Below, in pieces: positions 1 through 12,662 of a stretch of DNA of 64,000 nt. The position numbers and the translations under genes were made by a program. The stretch is from an uncultured Gemmatimonadaceae bacterium (GTDB taxonomy: Bacteria; Gemmatimonadota; Gemmatimonadetes; Gemmatimonadales; Gemmatimonadaceae), in assembly GCA_963843845.1 (NCBI GenBank), contig CAWJMB010000002.1, forward strand, positions 2,016,001-2,080,000, in the 5' to 3' direction. The notes under the pieces were generated by a model, which did not search any database, was not told where the DNA came from, and saw only the letters and a list, made by a program, of their open reading frames with translations. Each line of letters opens with the position of its first letter. The first letter of the stretch is position 1.

Positions 1-440
1 GGAAGCTGCGTCTTCAGCGCGCGGAACATCTCCGCGTAGTACGCGAGTCCCGCCTTCATGTCGAGCCCGCCGACGATGTGGAACTCGCGCGTCAGCCCGT
101 CCGCCGCATGCGCCGCCTCGTCGAGCACCTGCTCCAGCGAATAGCGATACGCGCCGTCCTCCGCGGCATCCGCGCGTAGCCACAGAAGTACGCACGTCTT
201 GCGCAGGACGCAGATGTTGGTCGGGTTGATGTGCTGGTTCGCGGCGAAGGTGACGCGGTCGCCGTGGCGCGCGCGGTTCGCCGCGTCGGCCATCGTGCCG
301 ATGCCTAGCAGGTCCGACGATCGAAAGAGCGCGACGCCGTCCGCGAACGTCAGGCGTTCGCCGGCGAGCACCTTGTCCGCGACTGGCCGCAGCCGCGTGT
401 CGGTCACGCGAGCGAGGTCGAACGCGACCGGCTGAGACAT
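1..440 (-). CDS. mqnE: Radical SAM CofH/MqnE-family protein, probably aminofutalosine synthase; 5' part only, runs off the window; compensating indel pair near 150-192
   Basis: Manual translation from ATG 440: [14 protein letters not shown]...[59 protein letters not shown]..., later EFHIVGG, typical of MqnE/CofH. Confidence 0.75.
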   Translation of the reverse strand, partial: MSQPVAFDLARVTDTRLRPVADKVLAGERLTFADGVALFRSSDLLGIGTMADAANRARHGDRVTFAANQHINPTNICVLRKTCVLLWLRADAAEDGAYRYSLEQVLDEAAHAADGLTREFHIVGGLDMKAGLAYYAEMFRALKTQL

Positions 441-460
441 GGGGCGGATCGCCTCGCGCG

Positions 461-1714
461 TCAATCAGCGAAGCGCCTGACGGCGAGCGACACGTTGTGC
501 CCGCCGAACCCCGAGCTGTTGCTGATCGCGGCATCGATGCGACGCGGCCCGCGGGACGTTCGGCGTGAAGTCGAGCGTCGCACTCCGGATCGGGCGTCGA
601 GTAGTTGATCGTCGGCGGCACCATCCCGTCGCGAATGGCCAGCGTGCAGGCGATGAACTCGACCGCGCCTGCGGCGCCGAGCATGTGGCCGGTCACCGAC
701 TTCGTGGAGCTGACGCTGAGGCCGTCGACCGCGTCGCCGAACACGATGCGCGATCGCCTTCGCCTCGTTCGGGTCGTTGAGCGGCGTGGACGTGCCGTGC
801 GCGTTCACGTAGTGCGATGTCGCGCGGCGTCAGGCCCGCATCGCTCATCGCGCGGCGCATCGCGCGCTGCAGCCCCTCGTGGTCGGGTGGCTGGCCGGTG
901 AGGTGGTAGGCGTCGCCGGTCGCGCGATAGCCCGCGACCTCGCCGTAGATGCGCGCACCCGCGCGCCGCGCGTGCTCCAGCTCCTCGAGCACGACGACTC
1001 CCGCGCCCTCGCCCATCACGAACCCGTCGCGCGTCGCGTCGAACGGGCGCGACGCGGTCTGCCGGGCGAGTCGTTGCGCGTCGAGAGCGCGCGTCATGTT
1101 CGCGAAGCCGCCGATCGACATCGGCGTGACCGCCGCCTCGGAGCCGCCGGCGATCATGATGTCGGCGTCGCCGTACTGGATGGTGCGGAACGCGTCGCCG
1201 ATGGCGTGCGCGCTCGTGGCGCACGCCGACACGGTGGCGTAGTTCGGCCCCTTCGCGCCGAAGCGCATGGACACGACGCCGGCCGCGATGTCGGCGATGA
1301 ACATCGGGATGAAGAACGGCGAGATCTTGCTGGCCCCGCGCTCCGATGAACGTCCGTGCTGCTCCTCGAAGCTCTTCAGCCCGCCGATGCCGCTGCCGAC
1401 GATGACGCCGATGCGTCCTCGGCGTCGAAGCCGCCGTCGCGCGAGGCCGGCGTCGGCCATCGCCTGCGACCGACGCCGGCCACGGCGTACTGCGTGTACA
1501 GGTCGGCGCGCTTCGCTTCCTTGCGGTCCATGTACATGCAGCGGATCGAAGCCCTTCACCTCGCAGGCGAAGCGCACGGCGAAATTCGACGCGTCGAACT
1601 TCGTGATCGGCGCTGCGCCCGACTCGCCGTCCAGCAGCGCGCGCCAGGTCGTCGCCACGTCGTTCCCGACTGGCGTGACCGCCCCGAGACCAGTGACGAC
1701 GACCCGACGCCGCA

Positions 1715-1715
<1 letters not shown>
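461..1715 (-). CDS. fabF: Beta-ketoacyl-ACP synthase II (frameshifted in this sequence)
   Basis: [17 protein letters not shown], catalytic SACATS, NAHGTST and [10 protein letters not shown] spread across frames. Confidence 0.95.
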
Positions 1716-3768
<2,053 letters not shown>

Positions 3769-3791
3769 GCATGCGCGCGCGAGTGACGATG

Positions 3792-4797
3792 CTAGAAGCG
3801 GACGACCATCGAGCCCCACGTGAAGCCCGGCGCCGAACGCGACGAACAGCACGGTCGATGCCGTCCTTCACGCGCCCCTGTCTCGATCGCCTCGTCGAGC
3901 GCGATGCGGAATGGACGCCGACGAGGTGTTGCCGTAGCGGTCGACGTTCACGAAGACCTTGTCCATCGGGATGTTCGCGTGCTTCGCCGTCGCCTCGATG
4001 ATGCGCACGTTCGCCTGGTGCGGGATCATGAGGTCGATGTCGTTGCCGGTGAGCCTGCGCCGCGTCGAGCGCGCGATCGGCGGCTTCGCTCATCGAGCGC
4101 ACGGCGTGCTTGAACACCTCGCGGCCCGCCATGTGCACGTAGTGCGACGCGGTCGTCGAGCACGGCCTCGCTCGAACGGCATCGTCGCGCCGCCGCCGGG
4201 GCGCCAGAGCAGCTCGGCGAGCGTGCCGTCGCTGCGCATGAAGCGTCGAGAGGATCCCGCGCTGCTGCGTTCGACGCGCGCTGCAGCACCGCCGCGCCGG
4301 CGCCGTCGCCGAACAGCACGCAGGTGGCGCGGTCCTTCCAGTCGACGATGGCGCTCATCTTCTCGGCGCCGACGACGAGCGACCGTCTCGGCGCTGCCGG
4401 CGGCGATGAGCCCTTCGGCCACGTCGAGCGCGTAGAGCCAGCCCGTGCACGCGGCCGAGACGTCGAACGCCGCGGCGCGCGTCGCGCCGAGGATCGCCTG
4501 GAGGTCGACGGCGGTCGACGGGAAGCAGGCGGTCGGGGGTGGCGGTGCTGAGCACGATCGCGTCGATCTCGCTCGCGGTGACGCCGGCGCGCGCCATCGC
4601 CGTGCGCGCTGCCTCGGCGGCCATCGACGCGGTGGTCTCGCCATCGCCGGCGATGTGCCGCTCGATGAATGCCGGTGCGCTCGACGATCCACTCGTGCGA
4701 TCGTCTCGATGCCCGCGCGCGCGAAGTCGTGGTTCGTCATCACGCCGGCGGGGACGCCGCGTCCCGTGCCGGCGAAGTACGCGACCGGGCGCTTCAT
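3792..4797 (-). CDS. fabH: Beta-ketoacyl-ACP synthase III (frameshifted)
   Basis: [38 protein letters not shown]-terminus. Confidence 0.92.
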
Positions 4798-4816
4798 GCC
4801 GCGCGCCTCGCGATGC

Positions 4817-5846
4817 TCACGTGCCGTGGTGCGACGGACCGTTGCCCGCTTCCGCGAGCCGGCGCCCGATGTGCTCGTTCATCCGCGACTCGACCGCGCG
4901 CACCGCGACGCCGATCGCGTTCTTGATCGCGCGCGGCGAGACTTGCCGTGCGAGATGATGCTCACGCCGCGCACGCCGAGCAGCGGCGCGCCGCCGTGCT
5001 CGGAGTAGTCGAGCTCCTTGAAGGCCAGTTCGAGTGCCTCGCGCTCCGCGCCGAAGCGCCTTGGCGAACACGTTCATGATCATCGGCGCGATCCCCTCGT
5101 AGAACTTGAGGAGCACGTTGCCGACGAAGCCGTCGCAGACGACGACGTCGATGGGACCGCGATCGCAGTGCCCCGCGGGAGGTCGCGTCCTTCGACGTTG
5201 CCGAGGAAGTTGATGCCGTGCGTCTGGAGGAGCAGCTGGTGCGCCTCCTTCACGGCGCGTTGCCCTTCTCCGGCTCCTCGCCGATGCTCAGCAGGCCGAC
5301 CGCGGCGATTCGCGCCCGAGGAGGTCGCGCGCGTACACGGAGCCGATGCGCGCGAACTGCACCAGCTCCTCGGGAGAGCAGTCGACGTTGGCGCCCGAGT
5401 CGAGCACGACGATCGGCCGACGCGCGGTCGGAAAGAGCGTGCCGATCGCGGGGCGGCGAAGGCCCGCGTGCAGTCGAGCAGAGCACCGACGCGGCCATCT
5501 GCGCGCCGGTGTTGCCGGCGGAGACGAACGCGTCGGATTGCCCCTCGGCCTGGAGACGGAGGCCGACCACCATCGAGCTGTGCGGCTTGCCGCGCACGGC
5601 CGTCGGCTTGTCCGACATCTCGATGACGTCGGGCGCCTCGACGATCGTGAGGCGCTCGCGATGCGCCCGATGTGCCGCGCAGCTCGCCGGCGAGCAACGT
5701 CGCGAGCTGGTGCTCGACGACGTCGCCGCGGCCGACGAGCTGGATTGTATGCGCCGGCGGAGCTCGGCGAGCGCGAGCAGCGCGCCGGCTACGGTGGCCC
5801 GGGGGGCGAAGTCGCCCCCCATGGCGTCCAACGCGATGCGCGCCAA
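4817..5846 (-). CDS. plsX: Phosphate acyltransferase PlsX (frameshifted; 3' end approximate)
   Basis: [32 protein letters not shown]; lies between rpmF and fabH. Confidence 0.92.
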
Positions 5847-5848
5847 GG

Positions 5849-6030
5849 TCAGGCTTCCTGCGCCTCGATTCGCTGCTCACCCGCGTAGTACCCGCACTCG
5901 GCACAGACGTGGTGCGGGCGCTTCATGCCTGACACTGCGGGCAATTCTGGATCGCGATCGCGGGAGCGGTCTTGTGCGTGTTGCGGGCGCGCTTCTTCCG
6001 CTTGGAGGTACGGCGCTTCGGGACGGCCAT
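5849..6030 (-). CDS. rpmF: 50S ribosomal protein L32, Zn-ribbon type (one frameshift)
   Basis: MAVPKRRTSKRKKRARNTH...CPQC...PHHVCAECGYY. Confidence 0.95.
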
Positions 6031-6034
6031 GGAT

Positions 6035-6522
6035 CTACAGGGAGGTGGTGGACAGTGTGGGCTTCGGTGGACACGCGCAGTCGCCCTCGTTGAGGTCCGC
6101 GCCGCAGTGCGCACAGATCCCCTTGCAGTCTTCGTCGCACAGCGCGAAGCCGGGCGACGCGAGCAACCACTCCTCGCGGAGCGCCGGCCGAAGATCGAGA
6201 GAGCGCGCGCCCACCGGCAGCACGAACACGTCGGACGTGTCGTTCTCGTCCGGCAGGTTCGGCTCCGCGAAGATCAGGTGCGACTCGACGTCGATGTGCT
6301 CCGCGACGTCGGTGAGACAGCGACGGCACTCCGAGGCCGCATCGCCTTCGATGCGTCCGCTGAAGTAGTACCGACCGTGCCCCGCGGCCGAGAGGCGCCC
6401 GACGACCCGAAGTGGACCGGATGGGCGCGCATCGCCCTCCTCCCAGATCGGATCGTCGGTCGTCAATTCGGCGTCGACGGCCGCGGCCTGCGACTGCAGC
6501 GTCCGATGTCGAAGGACAGCAT
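6035..6522 (-). CDS. yceD: DUF177/YceD family protein (frameshift near the 5' end)
   Basis: ECRRCL and LCDEDCKGICAHCGADLNEGDCAC motifs; directly upstream of rpmF. Confidence 0.88.
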
Positions 6523-6530
6523 AGCCGAGT

Positions 6531-6559
6531 AACCTACCGCGCTACCGAAGCCAATTCAA
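6531..6559 (-). promoter_or_regulatory. Sigma70-type promoter of yceD-rpmF-plsX-fab
   Basis: TTGAAT-N17-TAGGTT, 8 nt before the yceD ATG. Confidence 0.6.
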
Positions 6560-6598
6560 GTCACGGTGGCAGAGCGACTTAGCTGCTGTACGCCAGGC

Positions 6599-7006
6599 TC
6601 AGCGCGCGAAGAAGAAGGCGATCTCGTTCGCGGCGTTCTCGTCGGAATCGGAGGCGTGGATCGCGTTCCGCCCCTTCGACTCTGCGTAGAGCTTCCGCAC
6701 CGTGCCCTCTGCCGCCTCGGCCGGGTCCGTCGCCCCGATCGCCTCGCGCAGCGCGGCGACCGCATCCTCCTTCTCCAGCAGCAGCGGCATCGCCGGGCCC
6801 GACGTCATGAACGATACGAGGTCGGCGTAGAACGGGCGCTCGCGATGCACCGCGTAGAACTCGCCGGCGCGTGCCTCCGTGAGGTGCTCGACGCGCGCGT
6901 CGCGGAGCGTGAATCCCTTCTCTTCGAGCAGGGCAAGGATCTTTCCCGCCTTGCCCGATCCGAATGCGTCGGGCTTGATGATCGCGAGCGTGCGGTTGCC
7001 GGCCAT
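6599..7006 (-). CDS. ndk: Nucleoside diphosphate kinase
   Basis: [28 protein letters not shown]. Confidence 0.97.
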   Translation of the reverse strand: MAGNRTLAIIKPDAFGSGKAGKILALLEEKGFTLRDARVEHLTEARAGEFYAVHRERPFYADLVSFMTSGPAMPLLLEKEDAVAALREAIGATDPAEAAEGTVRKLYAESKGRNAIHASDSDENAANEIAFFFAR

Positions 7007-7026
7007 GAGTCTGTCGGGAAGGAGCG

Positions 7027-7914
7027 TTAGGAGCCGATCAGCTTGCGAACGATGTCGCCGCGCGTGAGAAAGCCGACGAGCCGGCCGTCACGTACCACCG
7101 GGACACGGTCGACGTCCTTGTTCGTCATCATGGACGCCACTTCCGTGATCGGCTGATCGGGAGATACACACAGCACCTGGCGCGTCATGACTTCGCGTAC
7201 GGTGCGCGTTCGCTGATCGGAGCTCGGCGCCGACGGGCTCGTGCCGCGCTGAAGATAGTTCGTGAGCATGTACTGCAAGAGCTCGCGCTGGCTCAGCATC
7301 CCGATGACGCGCCCCTCCTCGTCGACGACAGGAAGCCCGGCGACGCCGGCCCGGACCATGTCCTTCGCCGCATCGCGCAGTGGTGTCGTCGGCGAGACCG
7401 TTCGCGGCGAGCGGGTCATCAAATCACGGACCGCAAGCTGGTCGCGAATCTCGATGTCGCGGAGAATCGGCAGCGTCGCGAGCGCGTCCGGCGTCGGCTG
7501 CGCGAGGATGGCCTCGACGACCTCGGTCTTCGACAGCAGCCGCGCGAACGCCCCGACGGCCTGCAGGTACCGCGCGGCCTGCTTCGGCGGTGCCGCGACG
7601 AGCAGGATGATACGCGCCCCCTGCGTCTCGTCGCTCTCGCCGAGCTCGCGCTCGATCGGCGTTGGGGCGATGCCGACGGCGACGACGAGGTCGTTGACGG
7701 CGTCGCTCCGGTAGTGCAGCAGGAACGCCCGGTTCCCCATGGCGACGAGGTCTTCCGGGCGCTCTTCGTCGACGCGCTCCTGGAGGCGCTCCGGCTGCGA
7801 GACAGCCCCGGCAGCGACGAGCCGCGCGAGCAGCTCGCGAGCAGCCGACGGCAGGTCGGTGGCGCGCAGGGGAACGACAATGCGCGGCGGAAGCACCAGA
7901 TCGGCGAGCTTCAT
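7027..7914 (-). CDS. PTS EIIA(type 2)-like domain fused to a CBS pair
   Basis: N-terminal half resembles EIIA-Ntr/Fru ([15 protein letters not shown] at the AIPH position); C-terminal half has two CBS repeats (VRDLMT...LPVVD...GML; VREVMT...VPVV...GFLTRGD). Confidence 0.75.
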   Translation of the reverse strand: MKLADLVLPPRIVVPLRATDLPSAARELLARLVAAGAVSQPERLQERVDEERPEDLVAMGNRAFLLHYRSDAVNDLVVAVGIAPTPIERELGESDETQGARIILLVAAPPKQAARYLQAVGAFARLLSKTEVVEAILAQPTPDALATLPILRDIEIRDQLAVRDLMTRSPRTVSPTTPLRDAAKDMVRAGVAGLPVVDEEGRVIGMLSQRELLQYMLTNYLQRGTSPSAPSSDQRTRTVREVMTRQVLCVSPDQPITEVASMMTNKDVDRVPVVRDGRLVGFLTRGDIVRKLIGS

Positions 7915-7934
7915 GAAGCGACGCGTAGCGTGCT

Positions 7935-7975
7935 GCGACCGAGCGCCGATCGGCGGATGCCGTGCGCTCGGTCGC
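7935..7975. terminator. 12-bp hairpin between sucD and the EIIA-CBS gene (terminator or mRNA-stability element)
   Basis: gcgaccgagcgc 7935-7946 pairs with gcgctcggtcgc 7964-7975; no U-tract. Confidence 0.35.
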
Positions 7976-7986
7976 GGCGGGCCGCG

Positions 7987-8861
7987 CTAACTGATTCGTT
8001 CGCGCACCAGCGACACGAAGTCGATCGGCCGTTGCGCGACGCCCATCCCGGCCGCTGTGAACGCCTCGATCTTCTCGGCCGCCGTGCCCGACGAGCCGGA
8101 GATGATCGCGCCCGCGTGGCCCATGCGGCGGCCCGGGGGAGCGGTCTGCCCGGCGATGAAGCCGACGACCGGCTTCGTCATCTTCTCCTTGATGAACGTC
8201 GCGGCGTCCTGCTCGTCGGTCCCGCCGATCTCGCCCATCATCGCGACGACCTTCGTGTCGGGGTCGTTCTCGAACGCCTGCGAGCGCGTCGATGAAGCCC
8301 GTGCCGTTGATCGGATCGCCGCCGATGCCGACGCACGTGCTCTGTCCGAGCCCGGCCCGCGTGAGATGGTAGACGACCTCGTAGGTGAGCGTGCCCGAGC
8401 GGCTGACGACGCCGACGTTGTCCGGGCGTGCAGATGCGGCCCGGGATGATGCCGACCTTCGCCTGGCCCGGCGTGATGAGCCCCGGACAGTTCGGCCCGA
8501 GGAGCCGCGCACCCTTCGTCGTTCACGAACGGACGGACGCGCGTCATGTCGATCACGGGAACGCCTTCCGTGATGCAGACGACGAGCGCGATTCCGGCAG
8601 CCGCGGCTTCCATCATCGCGTCAGCCGCGAACGGCGGCGGCACGTAGATGACCGACGTGTTCGCGCCGGTCTCGTTCACCGCCTGCTCGACGGTGTTGAA
8701 GATCGGCACTGCCCTCGAACGTCTGTCCGCCCTTCCCCGGCGTCACGCCGGCGACGACGTTCGTGCCGTACTCGATCATCTGCTCGCGCGTGGAACGAGC
8801 CGTCGCGGCCCGTGATGCCCTGCACGATCAGCCGCGTGTCATGATCGATGAAGATGCTCAT
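7987..8861 (-). CDS. sucD: Succinyl-CoA synthetase alpha subunit (frameshifted)
   Basis: [42 protein letters not shown]. Confidence 0.95.
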
Positions 8862-10002
8862 GCGGCGGCCCCCGTCGGCGAGCTGCACGGCCTTCTGCAC
8901 CGCGTTATCCATGTCCGTCATCGCGGTGAAGCCGTTCTCTTCGAGAATCTTCACGGCGATCTCCTCGTTCGTGCCGGTGAGGCGGATGACGATCGGCACC
9001 TTGCAGCGGGTTCTGCTTCGTCGCCGTCACGATGCCGTTCGCGACGTCGTCAGTGCGCGTGATGCCGCCGAAGATGTTGAACAGAATGGCCTTCACGTTC
9101 TGATCGGCCGTGATGATGCGGAGCGCGTTGACGACCTTCTCGGGATTCGACGACCCGCCGATGTCGAGGAAGTTCGCCGGCTCGCCGCCGTAGTACTTCA
9201 CGAGGTCCATCGTCGCCATCGCGAGGCCCGCGCCGTTCACGACGCAGCCGACGTTCCCGTCGAGCTTGATGAAGGTGAGGTTCGCCTTGCGCGCGTCGAC
9301 TTCGCTCGGTGCCTCGGAGCTGTCGTCGCGCATCGCCTCGAGGTCGCTGCGACGCTCCAGCTCGTTGTCGTCGATCACCATCTTCGCATCGACGGCGATG
9401 ACGTCCCCCGTCGGCGTCACGACGAGCGGATTGATCTCGGCGAGCGAGCACCCGTTCTCGATGAACGCGTTGTAGAGCTGCTGCATGATCTTCGCAGCCG
9501 CGCGCGCCTGCTTCGCGTCCTGGTAGAGAAAGAACCCGAGCTGCTGCGCCTCGAACGGTTGGAGACCGTAGACCGCGTCGACGGGGTGGTACTTGATCTT
9601 CTCTGGCGTCGTCGCGGCGACTTCCTCGATGTCGATGCCGCCCGCCGCGCTCACCATGAACACCGGCTTCTTCGTCGCCCGGTCGACGATGATGCCGACG
9701 TATGCTTCGGTGCCGATGTCGGCAGCTTCGGTCACGAGCACCTTCTCGACCGTGAGCCCCTTGATGTCCATGCCGAGGATCGCCTGCGCCTTCTCGCGCG
9801 CGACTTCCGGCGTCGGGCAGTACTTCACGCCTCCGGCCTTGCCGCGTCCGCCGACGTGCACCTGCGCCTTGACCATCACGGCTTTCCCGACACGTCGCGC
9901 GATTGCCTCGGCCTCGTCGGGGGTCGTCGCGACCTCGCCCGGCGGGATCGGCACGCCATAGCGGCGAAGCACGTCCTTCGCCTGGTACTCGTGGATGTTC
10001 AC
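8858..10002 (-). CDS. sucC: Succinyl-CoA synthetase beta subunit (frameshift near 9003)
   Basis: GTG start NIHEYQAK, KAQVHVGGRGKAGGV, NGAGLAMATMD, NIFGGITR. Confidence 0.95.
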
Positions 10003-10051
10003 TGAAAGCTCCGAAGGGTGTAGAGCGCGCCGGGTGGCGAGCGTCGGGAAG

Positions 10052-12619
10052 CTAACGGGGCGCGGCGGTGCGAGCGAGCGCAGCGCCGAGGGAGTCGAAC
10101 GCAGCGCCGAAGGCTGACCAGTCGCCACGTCGCATCGCCTCGCGCATCCGCTCGTACAGCGAGCGCGCGCGGTCGCCGAGGGCGGGCGACGACGCCGTGA
10201 GCGCCGGTGCGCTCGCCGCCGGCGACGCGACACCACTGAGCGCCTCGCGAATCGTCGCGCCGATGCGAACCTCATCGTCGATCGTCGCCACCGCCCCGAC
10301 GACCGTCGGACCGCCGCCCGGCCGTACCGCGTACAGCGGCTTCACGAACGCGCTGCGGCCGGCGAGCGGCAGCGCGCGGAGCTGCCCCGTGCGGAACTCC
10401 GGCCGTTCTGCTGCGCTCTCGCCCGGAAGCCGAGACGTCCAGTCCGCGACCGCAGCACGCATGCGCCCGTTCACGTCCGTCCACGGCGGCGTGTCGGCTG
10501 CCGCGGGCACCCAGAGCGTGGCGGGCGAGACGCCGCCCAGCGCGATCACGAGCCCCGCGACGCGGTCGCTCCCGTCGACGAGTGGGAGCGTCCATCCGGT
10601 GACGTGCGCGTCGTGCCGCTGCGTGGGCATCAGCGACAGGGCTCGCGTCGCGACGCCGAGGGTGCTGTCGCTTCCCTCACCCGCCGGGACGTGCACATCG
10701 CGCGGCTGCGACAGCCCGCGCCGCCCGAACCGCGCGAGCGTCCACGCTTGCAGCATCGCCCCGTCGGTCGGCGGCGGGAGGGCAGCCCCGAGCTCCGGGC
10801 CGAGTGCGTCGCGCGACGAGAACAGCGCCGGGAAGCGTGCCGTCCACACCGCGGTCAATCGGTCTGGCGCGGAGTCGGCGACGAGCGTGACCGCCCCCGT
10901 TTCCGCGTTCACGACGCCGATCGCGGCGTGTTGATAGTAGCTGTACACCCCGCCGCCGACGTCGTAGCGCTGACTGAGTGGGAAGTCGGCGGATGCAGCG
11001 TACAGGTGGCAGACCCAGTGCACCGTGTCGCGCACGACGAGCGGCGCGATCGCGTAGCCTTGCGCGAAGAACGGCGCGACCGCGTCGAGCCGCTCGCGCA
11101 CGTCGCGCCGCAGCACGATGACCGGCGACGGCATGCGGTCGAGCGCGTCTGAGAACAGCAGCCGGAAGTCGCGCTCGTTCCACGCGTGCACGAGGCGCGC
11201 GACCGTGCCGCCGATCGGGTCGCCGACGATACGCCCCGTCGAGTCGCCGACGATCGCGTAGCCCGCGGCGCGAGGAAACGACACGAAGCGCCGGTGACGC
11301 TCGTCGGCGGCGAGTGCGGCTGTGGTCGACGTGGCGAGCGAGGTCGGCGACCGCCCGGCGGTCGCCAGCCCAACGCCGACCGGTTCGCCGCGCGCGTCCA
11401 CCGCGGTCGCCGAGACGACGACGGCGGTCCAGCTCGTCGGCTCCGCATCGGTTCCCGTCGCCGCGTGCGTGATCGCGACGGCGCCGAGCTCCGACGGGAA
11501 CGGTTGCCACCCGATCACGTCGTCCGCGACCTCGCCACGCCGCGCGCGTTCGATCGAACGGGCGAGCGGCACCGGATCCCACGTCGGGGTCGCCTCGGCG
11601 GCCGCGTCGACGGTTCCGAGCGTGTATTCTGGCACGATCTGGATCCGATTCACCCCGAACGCCGTCTGGCTCATCGCGGCGCGGTTGCGCAGATACGGCC
11701 CGTCGCGCTCCGCGAGCGCGGCGCGGCCGATCGCGCGTGTGGCGACGAAGGGCACCGCGCCGCGCAGCACGATCGTCGACCCGAGCACGGCAGTGATGAC
11801 CCAGAAGGCGAGACGACCGCTCCCGTGCCAGGCGGCGTTCACCATGAGCAGCGCGGCGATCGCCGTCACGGCGGCGAGCGCGAAGCGTGCCCTGAGCGCG
11901 ACCCGGTGATCGACGTAGCCGAACGCGCCGCCGACGCCGCTGCCGCCGTGAAGCAACGAGTAGCCGTCGAGCCGGTGCGCCCACGCGAGCATGAGGAGCA
12001 GCGCCGCGATCAGCATCAGCAGGTGGCGCCGCACGTGCCGCGAGGCCAGCACGCGACCGTTCTGCCACCGCAGCCCCGCGGTCAACGCGTACAGCGCGGA
12101 CACCGCGGTCGCGGTCGCGAGCAGCGTCACGATCGCCCAGATGTAGACCTCGTTCTCGAGCGGCAGCCAGTACACGTAGAACCCCGCATCCGCACCGGTG
12201 TACGGCTCGGGGAGACCGAGCGGCGGCGCGAACTGCACGAGATCGAACGCCATCCAGTCGCCGACGAGCAGCGACAGTGCGGCGCCGGCGGCGAGGGCGA
12301 CGATTGCCGCGACCCACAACAACTCGCGACCGGCTACCGTCTCGCCGATCTCCAGGTCGCCGAGCCTGCGAGGCAGCACCAGCGACTCGACGGAGCTGCT
12401 GACGACGGCGAGGTTCGCGAAGACGAACGCCCCCCCGAGCGCGACGAGCAGCGAGCGCAGCGCGGCGATGTCGGTCACCTGCGCCCGCCACACCGCGAGG
12501 GGACCGGGGCCGAGCGCCGCGTACCAGCGGTAGTCGACGACGAGCGCGGCGACGAAGCGCCCGAGGAGCAGCACGGCGACGATGAGCGCGGCGAGGCCGA
12601 TCAGACGCCGGCGTCTCAT
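10052..12619 (-). CDS. UPF0182-family integral membrane protein
   Basis: About 855 aa; N-terminal TM bundle (VDYRWY, D.GFYVYWLP), large soluble domain, C-terminal GDWSAFGAAFDSL helix typical of UPF0182. Confidence 0.75.
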   Translation of the reverse strand: MRRRRLIGLAALIVAVLLLGRFVAALVVDYRWYAALGPGPLAVWRAQVTDIAALRSLLVALGGAFVFANLAVVSSSVESLVLPRRLGDLEIGETVAGRELLWVAAIVALAAGAALSLLVGDWMAFDLVQFAPPLGLPEPYTGADAGFYVYWLPLENEVYIWAIVTLLATATAVSALYALTAGLRWQNGRVLASRHVRRHLLMLIAALLLMLAWAHRLDGYSLLHGGSGVGGAFGYVDHRVALRARFALAAVTAIAALLMVNAAWHGSGRLAFWVITAVLGSTIVLRGAVPFVATRAIGRAALAERDGPYLRNRAAMSQTAFGVNRIQIVPEYTLGTVDAAAEATPTWDPVPLARSIERARRGEVADDVIGWQPFPSELGAVAITHAATGTDAEPTSWTAVVVSATAVDARGEPVGVGLATAGRSPTSLATSTTAALAADERHRRFVSFPRAAGYAIVGDSTGRIVGDPIGGTVARLVHAWNERDFRLLFSDALDRMPSPVIVLRRDVRERLDAVAPFFAQGYAIAPLVVRDTVHWVCHLYAASADFPLSQRYDVGGGVYSYYQHAAIGVVNAETGAVTLVADSAPDRLTAVWTARFPALFSSRDALGPELGAALPPPTDGAMLQAWTLARFGRRGLSQPRDVHVPAGEGSDSTLGVATRALSLMPTQRHDAHVTGWTLPLVDGSDRVAGLVIALGGVSPATLWVPAAADTPPWTDVNGRMRAAVADWTSRLPGESAAERPEFRTGQLRALPLAGRSAFVKPLYAVRPGGGPTVVGAVATIDDEVRIGATIREALSGVASPAASAPALTASSPALGDRARSLYERMREAMRRGDWSAFGAAFDSLGAALARTAAPR

Positions 12620-12662
12620 GGTGCGCCACCGACCGCGGCGTCGCGATCGCCGCGTGAGGGTG

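Noticed and set aside
8676..8999. Apparent in-frame SucC-SucD fusion
   Set aside because: Explained by one indel just before a normal ATGA stop/start overlap.
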